A stretch of DNA of 64,000 nt from Hamiltosporidium tvaerminnensis FI-OER-3-3 (GCA_022605425.2 JAKIMF020000005.1:558001-622000); one strand, 5' to 3'; shown: positions 48,837-61,710, numbered from the stretch's first letter. A program made the numbers and translations. The notes: generated from the letters alone by a model not told the origin.

Positions 48837-49566
48837 GTAGAGAGAGGATAACCACATAAAAAACTTTCTGCTTGACAATGGGTGTGTGGAACTGGTGTGA
48901 GGTCATTGTTTGGATTTTTGGTGGGACTAAAACCACACTACATCTTCGGTTGATCCATGGGAGTTGTTATGGGAAGAAAAGATCTAAGAAATGGAGAAAC
49001 TTTTTCTACAAATTTATTTGTAGTTTTTTATGTAACCAGATTGCAGACCGCAGCTGAACATGAAGGTATTTGGTATGTAAAACCATAAAAAGCTAATTTT
49101 GCACACACATGTTAGACAATTTAGCGCCTGTGAGATATTAAATAAAAAAACCATTAAAAGCCCGAAGAGCTTAGTAGCAGGTTATACCTGTTGGTATGAC
49201 ATTGCACTGTCTAGGTGGACCCCATGTAAATCTCTGAAATATATCTTAGCTAGAAGTTTATTGGGTTCAGAAAGTGTAGAGTAAGTGGGAATGCTGCATA
49301 GTCTTGGGGGAGCCCAGGGGGGGCTTCGGCCTTCGATCACACTCCATGCAACGGACATTAACGAACTCCGGGCAACTGCCTCGCCTAGTAATTAGGTTCT
49401 ACACACCTGGTAGGTGAAAGGCTTTGGGACGTAGGTATCGCAGGGGTTACCGATGGAGTGTTGGGGTAGCAGTCATTTATGTTAAACCTAGAACTGCGTT
49501 AATGTCATAAAAACAAATATAACACTTGCCACTATTGTAAAAAGATGTGATATTTTTAAATAAAGT
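48837..49566 (+). mobile_element. SINE-like element copy G, full-length
   Basis: GTAGAGAGAGGATAACCAC ... GATGTGATATTTTTAAATAAAGT; near-identical to copies A and H; no clear TSD. Confidence 0.88.
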
Positions 49567-51697
49567 ACTAACTAAATCTTATACGAAAAAATAATTCGAC
49601 TTTCTAAAATATTCTACTATAAATTTCTTATCAATCTATTTAGTAACGTTTATTCTTGCTTGTTTTTTATACTATATATATAATATGTCTATATATTAAG
49701 GAGACTTAAGATTTATAATTTTATATCTATGAAAAAATATAAATCAAAGAGATTGATGTTTTAATTATAGCTAAGCAAATAATTGGAATGTAAAATTAAA
49801 AATCACATTTTGACTTTAAAATATAAAAAAATGAAATAAAATTTTGCACAAAATTCCAATTATATCGCTTTTAAATATTTAAAGTTATAATTAATATCTT
49901 TTGTATAGTAGATCATCAAACAAAATCCCTTGGTTTACTACTTAAAATGCAAAGAAAATAAATTATAGTTAAAATCTGGTAAGTATTAATATCTTTAAAC
50001 TCTAGTATAAAAATCTATTTTATTAAATATTAAATATTTTATAAAAAATACAATTAAGAATTACTTATTATTAAATTTTTGATCATTATTCAAGGAAATT
50101 GTAAGAAAATATGTTTTATAGGTGAAAAAACGAAATTCTAATGTGATTTCTAACAAATTCTTAGTTTAAATTATTTATGATTTATTTGAAGTTCTGTTTG
50201 ATAACGATTTTGCGTTTATTTATTTAATTTATTGGCTTTTATGAGACAACTTAGATTTTTTTGGAGTGGAATTTTTTAAGATTAAAAATATGGTTTATAA
50301 TTTTTGTATTTCTATATGTATATTTCTTCGGTATCATTTGAATCACTTCCCTATAAAAATTGTGAATTACTTAAAAACAGCCATTCTAATTGCTTCAGTA
50401 AGAAGTTAAAACTTCATTTTTTTTATTTTAGGAGATATTACGTTTCATATTAATATTAGAAGAAATTAAGAAAAAGAGAACTTTAAGAAGAAATTTATCA
50501 TAAGAAGATTCTAAATATAGCTTTTTACTATCCGTTTATTTAGTAAATTAAAATATTTGGAATGTAAACCTCTCTATGGTAATTTTACTAAAAAAAATTT
50601 CGAGATAAATTTTTATATAAAAAGGAAAGAAATGAATTACTATTTTCTTTTGAAACGACAAACCCTATTATTTCCTTTCTTCTAATTTTATAGGTATTTT
50701 CATTTAGTTAAAATTTTACATTGATTTCACTTACGTATAATCGTTCATGAAGTCTTTATAAAAAATTTGACACATTTTTCAGGTTCTAGAAAAATCTCTT
50801 TTACACCAAACCTAATCGGTTTTTATTCTCTTTAATACAATAGGATGTTTTTAAAAGGATCATACTAGTTTTTATAGACAAAAATCTCTTCATATTTCAC
50901 TGGAAATTTTATGGTGATTTTTTTCTGTAGTATTACAATTTTTTAAATCTTCTGCCACATTTCTGTTGTGATTCTTTTAGATGATTGTTAATGTTAAACA
51001 GATTAATACGCATATTAATCATGTTAGACCAAAATTTTTATAACTATAATTCATATCACAATCATTGTTCTGATTTTATTTGCAATTGTTAAAAAACTTT
51101 TACACTAAAAAGGTTCATAGAAGACATTAAAGAAAAACACGAATATATTTTGAACAAATCTAAAGACTATTATAGCAATTTATCACTACTTTAGAAGTCT
51201 ATTGCACAGTTAATATTCTGCAACAAATAAAAGAGAAATATATTTTGTTTAGACATAATTATAATGGAGACTTTAATATTGATAACAAAATGCAGCTATT
51301 TTTTCTGAAGTCGTATGAGGTGTTCGAATTAGTGTGAAATGAAGCAAATGCAAAGAGGTTGTTATGGTATCGTGACGATAAAGAAGTAATAATGATTTTA
51401 TTAGATGTTAATTCGTGCATTTATACGCAAACTAGAATAAAAACTCAGAATTTCTATTGAATGTAAAGGTAGGAAAACAAAGGTTATATAAAATATAAAA
51501 AACATATTAGAAGATATTATTCTGAACAAACAGAATTCAAACTAATTTTTTGATAAAATGACTTTTGTTTAAATGAAAAATCGCCTTATAATTTGGTGTA
51601 GTAATTGCAATATTTCAGGTATACCAATTTAAAAGCTTAAAAACAGTAAATTAAGCTATGATACGTCAATTATATTTTCTAAAAATGTTTACTAGGA

Positions 51698-52429
51698 CAC
51701 TTTATTTAAAAGTATCACATCTTTTTAAAATATTGGCAAGTGTTATATTTGTTTTTATAACATTAACGCAGTTCTAGGTTTAACATAAATGACTTCTACC
51801 CCAACACTCCATCGGTAACCCCTGCGATACCTACGTCCCAAAGCCTTTCATCTACCAGGTGTGTAGAACCTAATTAATAGGCGAGGCAGTTGCCCGGAGT
51901 TCGTTAATGTCCGTTGCATGGAGTGTGATCGAAGGCCGAAGTCCCCCCTGGGCTCCCCCAAGACTATGCAGCATTCCCACTTACTCTACACTTTCTGAAC
52001 CCAATAAACTTCTAGCTAAGATATATTTCAGAGATTTAAATGGGGTCCACCTAGACAGTGAATGTCATACCAACAGGTATAACCTGCTACTTAGCTCTCC
52101 CGGCTTTTAATGGGTTTTATTTTTATATCTCCCAGACGCTAAGTCTTCTAACCCGAGTGAGCAAGGCTAGGTTTCCATGCTTTTACATGGCCATTACCTA
52201 CATGTTCAGCTGCGGTCTGCAATCTGGTTGCATAAAAAACTACAAATAAATTTGTAGAAAAAGTTTCTCCATTTCTTAGATCTCTCCTCTTCATAACAAC
52301 TCCCATGGAACAACCGAAGATGTAGTGTGATTGTATTTCCATCAAAATCCAAAACAATGATTCTCACACCAACTTCACACACTCATTGCCAATCAGAAAG
52401 TTTTTTATGTGGTTAAGCTCCCTCCACTA
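51698..52429 (-). mobile_element. SINE-like element copy H, full-length (732 nt), 10-bp TSD
   Basis: Direct repeat TTTACTAGGA at 51688-51697 and 52430-52439; cleanest copy. Confidence 0.92.
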
Positions 52430-53560
52430 TTTACTAGGATACTAAATTTAAATAATTATATTCCTATTAAAGACCTATGTGTTAGTAATTAAATTTTGTA
52501 AAAAATCTAAGTTTTTAAAGCTTTAAATACCTATATAACGATTTCTTGTCGAAATAAATATTAAAAACGCAGCAAACGAATTAAATACATTGTTTGTACT
52601 TTACCCAACTAATAAACAAGAATTCTCGTTTTAAAACTTCTATAAATTATATTCAGGCAAAAAATAAAGAAATATCTCCTCTTTACATGATTATTTATAT
52701 CAGTGCAAGAATTTTTTCATGTTCTATAATATACACTTTATGTTTTATTAGAATAGAAATTGTATAATAGAATAAACTTTTTGTATTATATAATATACTA
52801 TTGATGTTGATTTTTAGTAGAGAATTAACTAAAGTAAAGTTTATATAAATTTTAAATTATTTCATCAAATTTGTTTAAAATCTTAAGCAGAAAGATTAAA
52901 AGTTTTATTTCTTATAAGATTTATTTTGTCAGAATTACTGTAATTGTAGGAATTTAGTTCTAATATTACTACATATTACAGGTTTTTTATACTGAATTTT
53001 AACTTATAGTTATAATAAATGTTTTAGGAAACGCTTTTATAGTCAAAAGACCGGAGAATTGTATTTAATTAAAAAAGAATGTAGATTTCAAAATCTAAAG
53101 TATAATGATCAATATTTTTATTTGCAATATATAAATTTAACATAATAATTATCTCACTATTTCTAAATACATAAAAGCCAAAACAAAGATTATTATAATA
53201 CAATAAACAGGTTAGAATATAAAATATTTGTTTCAGATGCTAAAATAATGGTATCGAGTTTATATTATGAATTACCTTCGTTTCTCAATAAACATGAAAC
53301 GTTTTTTTACAGCAATAATACAAAAAATGGCAAAAAATACAAAATAAATTATATTTTTTTATTAAAGCCATAATATATTAATTACCTATGAATATTCCAT
53401 ACATTTTAGAATCAAATGCAAAATACAATTGCGAAGAATTTCTTTGTATTGGTCGTTCATCTAATATATTTTTTTTTTAATTAATTTTAATTTGATTAAT
53501 TTTTTTAATTTCGGTATATTAGATAAAATTTTATTTCATTGAAAATCCGAGAAAAGAAAT

Positions 53561-54880
53561 ATGAAATACATATTAATCATAATATTATCTAATTTTTGTA
53601 CAAAAAATCCAATAAAAAGCAAGAAATATTATATAAACACAGTATTTGATGTTATAAAGAAGGAAATTTATAAACAATATATTGAAAAATCGAAAAGAAT
53701 TGATAAAATATGTTCGTATGAATATTTATTTCTTGAGAGTAAGAAATGTTTTAATATGGAAGCATCAGAGGAAATATATAAATTTATATTTGCAAAAAAG
53801 GTTAAAAAGTTTCAAGTAATGATATCTTTAGTACAAAGTAATGAAATGTATAATGGATTTGTTTTTAATATATCTATAAGTATTTTTGGTAAACGCTTTA
53901 TTGGCTTTGGATTTAACGATAGTTTTTATCGAGTTAGGTACAAAAATATTTGTAGGAAAAGCTATTCAAATTTTACTAATACTGAAATAAAAGAATACTT
54001 TATAAAAAAACATATATTGAGGTTTATATTCTGGTATATTAATATTATTAAAAAAATAATTCAAAAAATGATATTAGATAGAAATAAAATGAGTATTCTG
54101 ACTATCTTTTCTGATATAGTTTATTTTGAAGATTGTGATCGTGATTTTCTTTCTCGTTTACTTATCAGACAAAATTATACGAGCGATAATGATTGTTCTT
54201 TACTCATAAATTTTATAAAGATCAATGATAAATATGAGGAGACCAAAAATAATAAAACCTTTTTAGAATATTCATTTACAAATATTATATTCGAATCTAT
54301 AAAAAATATATCTTTTGAGAGAGTAGAATTTTCAGATCAGTTATTGGAAGACGAACAAAATGTCACCGTTTATAATAAAATTGTAGCGAAAGAAATAATT
54401 AAATGCGGTGAAAATACATATTTAAATATTTATGATATATTTTTTTCAAGTTTCAAAAATGGTTTAAAAATGCAAAATCGAGAAATAGAAAATTTAGATG
54501 TTTTTGGTTATTCTTCAGCTAATATTGATGCCATTACATTTATTAAGGTTAATACGCCTGGTAAATCCATTAAAACCAATAAAGCCAATAAATCCAATAA
54601 AATTATAAAAATAAAAAAAGATTTTAAGGAGATTTGTTGTCTGATTATACGTAACAGAGAGTTTAATCTTGAATATAATATTGATATTTCTTATAAAGTT
54701 TATAATAATGAAATTACAGATATTTTTGTCAATCAGAGAATACCTGGGTTTTATGCTCATCATACATTGAAAGACAAAATAGCTTGTATACTTCGATTTG
54801 TTAAAGAACATGAAATATACAATTTCAAATTAGTATATTGGGATCTATCAAAATCTAAAAAAATATACGCGGCATGCTAA
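53561..54880 (+). CDS. Secreted-type protein, 'C-TKNP' family paralogue 4
   Basis: MKYILIIILSNFC-TKNP; conserved blocks; 439 aa. Confidence 0.88.
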   Translation: MKYILIIILSNFCTKNPIKSKKYYINTVFDVIKKEIYKQYIEKSKRIDKICSYEYLFLESKKCFNMEASEEIYKFIFAKKVKKFQVMISLVQSNEMYNGFVFNISISIFGKRFIGFGFNDSFYRVRYKNICRKSYSNFTNTEIKEYFIKKHILRFIFWYINIIKKIIQKMILDRNKMSILTIFSDIVYFEDCDRDFLSRLLIRQNYTSDNDCSLLINFIKINDKYEETKNNKTFLEYSFTNIIFESIKNISFERVEFSDQLLEDEQNVTVYNKIVAKEIIKCGENTYLNIYDIFFSSFKNGLKMQNREIENLDVFGYSSANIDAITFIKVNTPGKSIKTNKANKSNKIIKIKKDFKEICCLIIRNREFNLEYNIDISYKVYNNEITDIFVNQRIPGFYAHHTLKDKIACILRFVKEHEIYNFKLVYWDLSKSKKIYAAC

Positions 54881-57800
54881 TTGTTATTATAGTGAAATTG
54901 CGAAGATTTAAAATATATTTAACTGAATATTACTTTTTAATGTAAAAAAATTCATGTTTATACAAACATATATAAACATTCTACAAATTAAAGTTATGCT
55001 TTAAAATTGTTTTAGACATTAGATCTTACGATTTATTTCATTTATCAACTATATTATTGTAAATCTTACATTTTTTTGATTTTTCCCCTAGATTTTACAA
55101 CGATAATTTATTTTCATCATGTTTACCTGAAAACATGTGTTCCGTAGCTTTATATTATTTTTTGCAAATTTTCTTTGGATTTCGTGTTTACACGAAACCC
55201 AATATCATAACATGAATTTGTGTTAGATATTTGTATAAAACATCTTCATACCATTTATCAGTTCCGCTTAGGATGTGATCTAGAATAAAATCTTTTTTTT
55301 TCTTCATATGACGTCTGACTGTATTTTAAGTAATACACGAGAAATATTTAATTAAATTAATATATAAAGCTTTCTATAATATACTCGTTGTTATTTTTCT
55401 TCACAGTAACATCTTAGATAGCAGATAATGAATTATCTTAAAAAATTGTTAAATAGCGTGATAAAGTAATACAGACCCTAAGATACTTTGTTTTTCAGTA
55501 TAATAGAATGAAGAAAATCTTGAAATGAATTCAAACTTTGATGATTATTTTCATTTTAAATTTTCTACCAATAAGACATATCTGTTTGTGTTTCAAATAC
55601 AAATTATTTTCTAAACCTGTACTTGCTTTATTTATCACATTTTCTGCTTTTGAGATTTCCATGGTTTGACTTCAAATTTTTTTTTTAAATGAATTTATAC
55701 ATTTCGTGAAAATCATAACGAAACACTTACTTTTCTGTTTACTCCGCTATACCTATGATATTTCGTATTTAATGCGGCAACATATTAATTGTATTTCATA
55801 TCATTTATAATATTTGAATTTTGATCTCGCCAAAATGTTTTCTATTTCAAATTAAAACCATTATTTTGCTAAATAGCTCGATCTCTCCTTGAATAAGCCA
55901 ATTTAATAATAACCTATATAAATATCTCGCCAACAAATACTTGCTAAGATTTCAAATTAATTTATATTTCGTTTTTCAAGATCATTTTTTTGTGATACTG
56001 TCTCTATTCTATGATAGACTTAACAAGGATATATCAACGATAAATAAATATGATTTAATTGGTTTGTCATTTTTAGAATGTCTTTTAATCAATTTTTATG
56101 TGATGAATATCTTATAATCAGCATATGAGTCGAAAAATAATATATTTATTCGATTTAAACTATATGTCTTTGATAGAAGCCGGAATTAGAAGTTGAAGAG
56201 AAATTTTCTATTTATAAGGCTAATTATATATGATTTCTTATGCTACCGCTATCAATTTATTATCTTTCTTGGGGGATCAAGTTGTTTCTTTTCATGGTAT
56301 TTTTAGTAATACTAAATGAACTATATTAGATAATTGCTGCATTTATAAATTAAATTTGAAGTATTTAATGAATCGAATACTTTTTTAGGTTAAGCTGTTT
56401 TCTCTTTTGAATGTATATACTATACAAGTAATAACTTTGTAAACCTTTTTTTTACTATTTATAAGTATATTTGTATGTCTATGGAATCAATAAGAATGGA
56501 ATTATCAATAATATGTATTACTTCTAACATAGACTCTCTATATTTGTCTTAAACTTTGTAAAATAAATTTTTTGAATCGTGAATAATCAAAGCAAATTCT
56601 CATCGAATCGCTAGAAAAGAACTTTAATGAATCACGGATCTATTTTATTATGAGAATATTTTTGATAAATTTTAAATTCTTTATATGCTTATTGAACATG
56701 GGAGTCAACAGATAATTATTCTTTTTAAATTGAAAAGAGAGAAATTATCCATATTTTATTATTTTCGAATTTTTCTCACCTATGATTTTCTTTCTTGAAC
56801 TGATATACGAATCTTTTTTTGAGGTAATTACTTGAGTAAGTTTTGTTTTAAATAGTCAAATTTGAGATTCCTTCGTAATAGCCTAAATCATAATTAATTA
56901 TTATAACTTTATTACCTTAAATCATATTTGTCTTAAAACGCTTCTGAAATTGTTATGGAACTTATATATTTTTATCCTTGCCTTTAGTGGTTCAATAAGC
57001 GAGCTACTGCTTAATCCTCCAGGTTTAGCGATCTTTGTTTCGTTTCCAGTGAAATTGCTATACGGATGAGGCACATAAGAATTTTTATTTTTAAATAGCC
57101 TTTATGATTTAAGAATATCTTTATAATAAAAACCCCGATGTTCTTAGAACATAGGGCTTTTATATTGATATTAAACCAATGAATAACCATATGTTTTTTG
57201 GATAAATAGCGTAATCTTCAGCAGATTTGAGTCAAACACTACTCAGCAAGTATTTGATATGTTATCATCTTATAAAATTATCGCCTTGGAAATAAGTCAA
57301 ACGAACGGCAAGTGACTTTATTCATAATATGATTATTATTCTATTACAGTTCAAAATTATCCTGGAAATTCATTTTCGCTATAATTATATCTGTAAAAGC
57401 ACTTTTAAAAATTTAAATAATATTGAGTTATAGATAGACTAAATACAGCATACTTTGGTAAATATGGTTATATTTAATTTTTGCGGTTTTTTAAATGTAA
57501 AAATTTAAACTTTATTTTTGATCTACTATCTATTGAACTCAATATATTGTTCGCTTAGATTTATAAAAAGTTTCTTATGGAATTTTTCAAAAGCTTCGGA
57601 TGTGAAGGAAACGACTCTTTTTATACATTTTAACGGCGATTAAAAACGAATGATTCCTTATTATTTCATTTTAAGTTTATGCAACGTTATATCGCGGATA
57701 TAAACATGTTAAATTACGTCGAGGTTTCTTGTTCCAGCTTTGAAATTACATTGTTTTCATAAATCCAAAAAAACCCTTATTAGGTATAATTTCTTTATAT

Positions 57801-58649
57801 TTCCGTATATAATAATTTATTTATGTTATCTGCTTACAATTAGCAGCGAAATTTAAGAAAATAAGTTGTTAGATACCGATAAAACATTCCTGTATTTTGT
57901 TTGCAATAGTTTTGAATAAATATCGAGAATTGAAATTTTAAATGTAAATATTTTATTTAAAAGGTAATTATTAGATGAGATGTAAAACTTCTAAAAAAAG
58001 TCAAGCATTTAAAATATAATTTGCAGTCAATAGTTGAATCCAAATTAAGGATTTCAAAGGCTTATTATTTTGAAAATAGATCTATTTATTAAGAAATTAA
58101 GTGACTCCTATCTTAAAAGCTACATAATCTAGTAATAATTTATTTTGTACAGTTTTTTAAATGTTATCAAGGAAAAATATCGATGCAAATATTTTTTTGA
58201 TTAATTGATTTATTTTTTTACATAATTATTCAGTTAGAATTGCAATTTTTTATTTATACTTTGCAGATTTATATGAAGGATTTCAAAAACCATCTTTTCG
58301 GGATATTTTTTGTCTTGGGTAATTCTCTGTTTTTGAATGGTTACGTTCTTTTAAATTAGTATATAGTCAATTATTTTCATCCAAATAATTTTTTTAACTA
58401 CTTAATCAATTTTTATTGATTAGAAAATCAAAAACTATTTCGTGGGAAGGCAGATTAAAAAGTAATTATTTTTTTTTCTTTCCATATTTCTTTTAGAATA
58501 TTAACTAATTCTAGAATGAGTTCTGATATTTATTAAATTAATCTATTCTATTTAATTAGATTCATTTAATATTTTTTTATTATCAATATATTTTTTATTA
58601 ATATCTTCACATTCCAAAGTTTTTAATCAAATACCTCTTTAATTATTCT

Positions 58650-59933
58650 ATGGTTGGCGGTTATATTTCTTTGTTCTTACTCATTTCAGCCATTTTGTGC
58701 ACAAAAAATCCTGCAAAAACAAAAAAATGGTATAAAAACGACCTATTAAGTATTATACGCAACGAGATTTACAAACAATACAGAGAAAACACGACAATAT
58801 ATGACAAAATATGTTCCTACGAATATTTGTTACTCGAAAATCACAAATACTTTGAATCAGAAGCCACCGATGAAATATTAAAATTCATACTTGCAAAAAA
58901 GACAGAAGAGTTTCATATAATATTTGCCCTAATAAAAAGTAACAAAATATCTTCTGGCTTCGTATTTCATGTATCAATAGCTATATACGATAATTTTTGT
59001 ATCGGAATAAAATTTATGAATGCTTATTATGAAATTCCCGTCAAAAGTATTTTTTCAAACATACATTCACCTTCTATAAACTCACATATAAAAGAATATT
59101 ACATACAAAAACACATTTCAAAGTTTATATTTCATCAAATTGTTATCTTTAAAAGACTTATTAATAAAATAATATCAAACAGAAAAAATATTTTCTCTGT
59201 ACCAATTTTTTCAGACATAATCTTTTTTAAAAATACAGATCACGATTTCATTTCTCGTATACTTCTCAGACAGGAATATATTTACGAAAACGATTATTAT
59301 TTACTCATAAACAACCTAAAAATCAACCGTAAACATAATGAATTTAATGAAACTGATAACCTTAATAATATTTTGAAATATTCATTTACAAACACTATAT
59401 TCAAATCAATACGAAATATATCATTTAAAAGAGTAGAGATATCAGATATTTCAAAAAAAAATTTACCTCATAAAAACTATAAAAACCAAATTATTGCCAA
59501 AGAAATATATATCTGTAATCAAATTAAATATTTAAATATTTATGATATTTTTTTATCAAATTTTCAAGATGATTACGAAATAGAAGATAGAAATAACGAA
59601 TATACAAATATTCTTGGTTATGGTTCTGCTAATATAGATATTGTCACGTTTAGTAAAATTGATAAACCAGAAAAAATTAAAAAATCTTTACAAGAATATT
59701 GTTACTTAATTATTCGTGATAGACAGATAAATTTGGAATATCATTTCGAATTTACATATAAACGTTACAACAATGAAATTATTAATATTTCTTTAAATCC
59801 AACCATTCCTTCATTTTCTGCTGATATAACTTTGAAAAATAAAATATCTTTTATACTCAACTTTGTTAAAGAATATAGAAAAAGTAATTTTAGCTTGGTT
59901 ATTTGGGATCAAACAGAATCTATTTTGCTTTAA
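58650..59933 (+). CDS. Secreted-type protein, 'C-TKNP' family paralogue 5
   Basis: MVGGYISLFLLISAILC-TKNP; conserved blocks; 427 aa. Confidence 0.88.
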   Translation: MVGGYISLFLLISAILCTKNPAKTKKWYKNDLLSIIRNEIYKQYRENTTIYDKICSYEYLLLENHKYFESEATDEILKFILAKKTEEFHIIFALIKSNKISSGFVFHVSIAIYDNFCIGIKFMNAYYEIPVKSIFSNIHSPSINSHIKEYYIQKHISKFIFHQIVIFKRLINKIISNRKNIFSVPIFSDIIFFKNTDHDFISRILLRQEYIYENDYYLLINNLKINRKHNEFNETDNLNNILKYSFTNTIFKSIRNISFKRVEISDISKKNLPHKNYKNQIIAKEIYICNQIKYLNIYDIFLSNFQDDYEIEDRNNEYTNILGYGSANIDIVTFSKIDKPEKIKKSLQEYCYLIIRDRQINLEYHFEFTYKRYNNEIINISLNPTIPSFSADITLKNKISFILNFVKEYRKSNFSLVIWDQTESILL

Positions 59934-60564
59934 AATGAATGATTTAAAAATATAAAATTATTTGTAATTCAAAAAAATTTAAATAAATTTTATACTTTTT
60001 TGCTTCTCATGTCTAATCTATTTAAAATATTCCGATCTTATTAAAAAATACGGTTTCCAAATGATTCTGTAAGTGATATGATTAGATATTTCTCCAGATA
60101 ATATCAAATATTATTATAAATACAAATAAGCTAGTCAGTTTAAAATAAATAAATACAAAGTATTTCTATACTAAGAAAGATAAAAAAAACCAAGTCGAAA
60201 TTGGAATAATAGTTAGAAAAAAAACATATTAGTATTTTATACAAGATTACATAGAAAATAGTCCAACGTAATACACTCATTTGAATCTCCCACACATCTT
60301 TTAATAAATCTTTACCTCACATCACAAGATTACAAATGTAATTTAAGAATCAAAATATAAATTCAAAAAATAAAAACTCACTCACAAATAAAATCTACTT
60401 TAAAACAATAGAAATCGAAATATGAAAAACTCTAAAAAATAAATTAAAAATTTAACGGAATATTTTTATATTTCTTTATTAGAAAAAAAATCGGTATACA
60501 AAATTTTAAAATTGAGTTTCTTATTTCATTTAAATTTTCTTTGTAAGTTTAAATCTGTAGATAT

Positions 60565-60825
60565 AATATGAATAATAACATTAAGAATATCAATAGTAGC
60601 AATAAGAATATGAATATGAATAACAACAATAATAATGACAATAATATCAATAATATCAATAGTAGCAGTAAGAATACGAATATGAATAACAACAATAATG
60701 GCAATAATAATGACAATAATAACAATAGTAGCAGTAAGAATACGAATATGAATAACAACAATAATGGCAATAATAATGACAATAATAACAATAATACTAA
60801 CAATAACAACACTAACAATATGAAT
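60565..60825 (+). repeat. AAT/AAC-rich minisatellite (~66-bp unit x3); would encode an Asn-rich peptide if translated
   Basis: AATAGTAGCAGTAAGAATACGAATATGAATAACAACAATAATGGCAATAATAATGAC repeated; coding status unsupported. Confidence 0.75.
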
Positions 60826-61236
60826 TTAATACTTAAATTTATTATCCTATTAAAGTATGATTAAAAAAAAACATAAAATTTTTATAAATTTTCATCTATC
60901 GTTGAGGTAATTTATTTAGAGGTTTAAAAAACGAGTAAAATAAATAAAAAATTTATTTTCTAAGAAAAACTGAAACTCTTTATAAAAAAAAACAGAAATA
61001 ATTTAAAATCTTAGTAAATAAACACAGCATTAAAAATAGAACGATCGATAGAAATGGAAATTAAGAAAAATAGAGAAAGTAAGAAATTAAAATCAAAGAA
61101 ATTACACCAAAGTAGATTAAAATAAATACATCCTTGATAAATGAAACGACCAAATTAATAATAATTACTTCAAATTTAGCAAAGGAAATACATATTTGAA
61201 ATATAAATCAAAAAATATAAAAAAACGTCATAAATT

Positions 61237-61710
61237 TTATTTCAGAGGAACAAACTTAGAAGAAGAAGTAGCACCAACACCTGGTTTACCATGCGAACAA
61301 GACAAACGAGTAGGTGCAAAATCACCCAAAACATATCCAATCATTTCTGGTTTAATATCAACCGGAACATAATTAAATCCATTATGAACACCAATCAAAT
61401 TTCCAATCATTTGTGGAAATATAATCATTGTTCTAGCCTGTGTCTTGACCATGGCTGGTTTGTCTTCAGCTGTCACACAGTTCTCTTTGGCAGTTTGACA
61501 TTCAGTAAGTACATCAACCTCACGTTGTGATATACCTCTACGTATTCTTCTACGTAGATGTGAAGGAAGAAGCGTTGCAAATTTTGATAATGGCATTTCC
61601 ATCAAATCTTCTATGTCAATACCTTTATACGCATATTTCTTAAAAGTTCTCTTCTTTTTTAAATCGTCTCTTTGTGTCTTAAATTAGTTATAAAAATATT
61701 TACTTACCAT
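61237..61710 (-). CDS. RPS15: 40S ribosomal protein S15 (uS19); exon 1 = ATG only (61708-61710), exon 2 = 61237-61677; 147 aa
   Basis: KKRTFKKYAYKGIDIEDL...RRRIRRG...VKTQARTMIIFPQMIG...IKPEMIGYVLGDF...HGKPGVGATSSSKFVPLK. Confidence 0.96.
61678..61707 (-). other. 30-nt spliceosomal intron directly after the RPS15 start codon
   Basis: GTAAGTAAATATTTTTATAACTAATTTAAG: GTAAGT donor, ACTAAT branch-like motif, AG acceptor; contains an in-frame TAA; removal restores the conserved N-terminus. Confidence 0.88.

Noticed and set aside
48872-49284. Short ORFs inside element copies (also 1883-2074, 19804-20034, 28905-29105, 44280-44483, 51907-52357)
   Set aside because: Frames, strands and stops are not conserved between near-identical copies
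49300-49420. HDV, hammerhead or group I ribozyme, or RNase P identity for the element core
   Set aside because: GGGCAAC and GACTA/AAGATATA look-alikes exist, but the required P1/P3/L3, CUGANGA..GAAA or P7 pairings could not be built
48837-52429. Inverted pairs of the element (G/H, also A/B) as long TIRs of one composite transposon
   Set aside because: Copies B and H each carry their own TSD, and the enclosed DNA differs and has no transposase ORF, so these are independent insertions
60549-60864. Asn-rich 98-aa and Leu-rich 89-aa ORFs as genes
   Set aside because: Entirely minisatellite-derived; no CCC motif or non-repetitive domain
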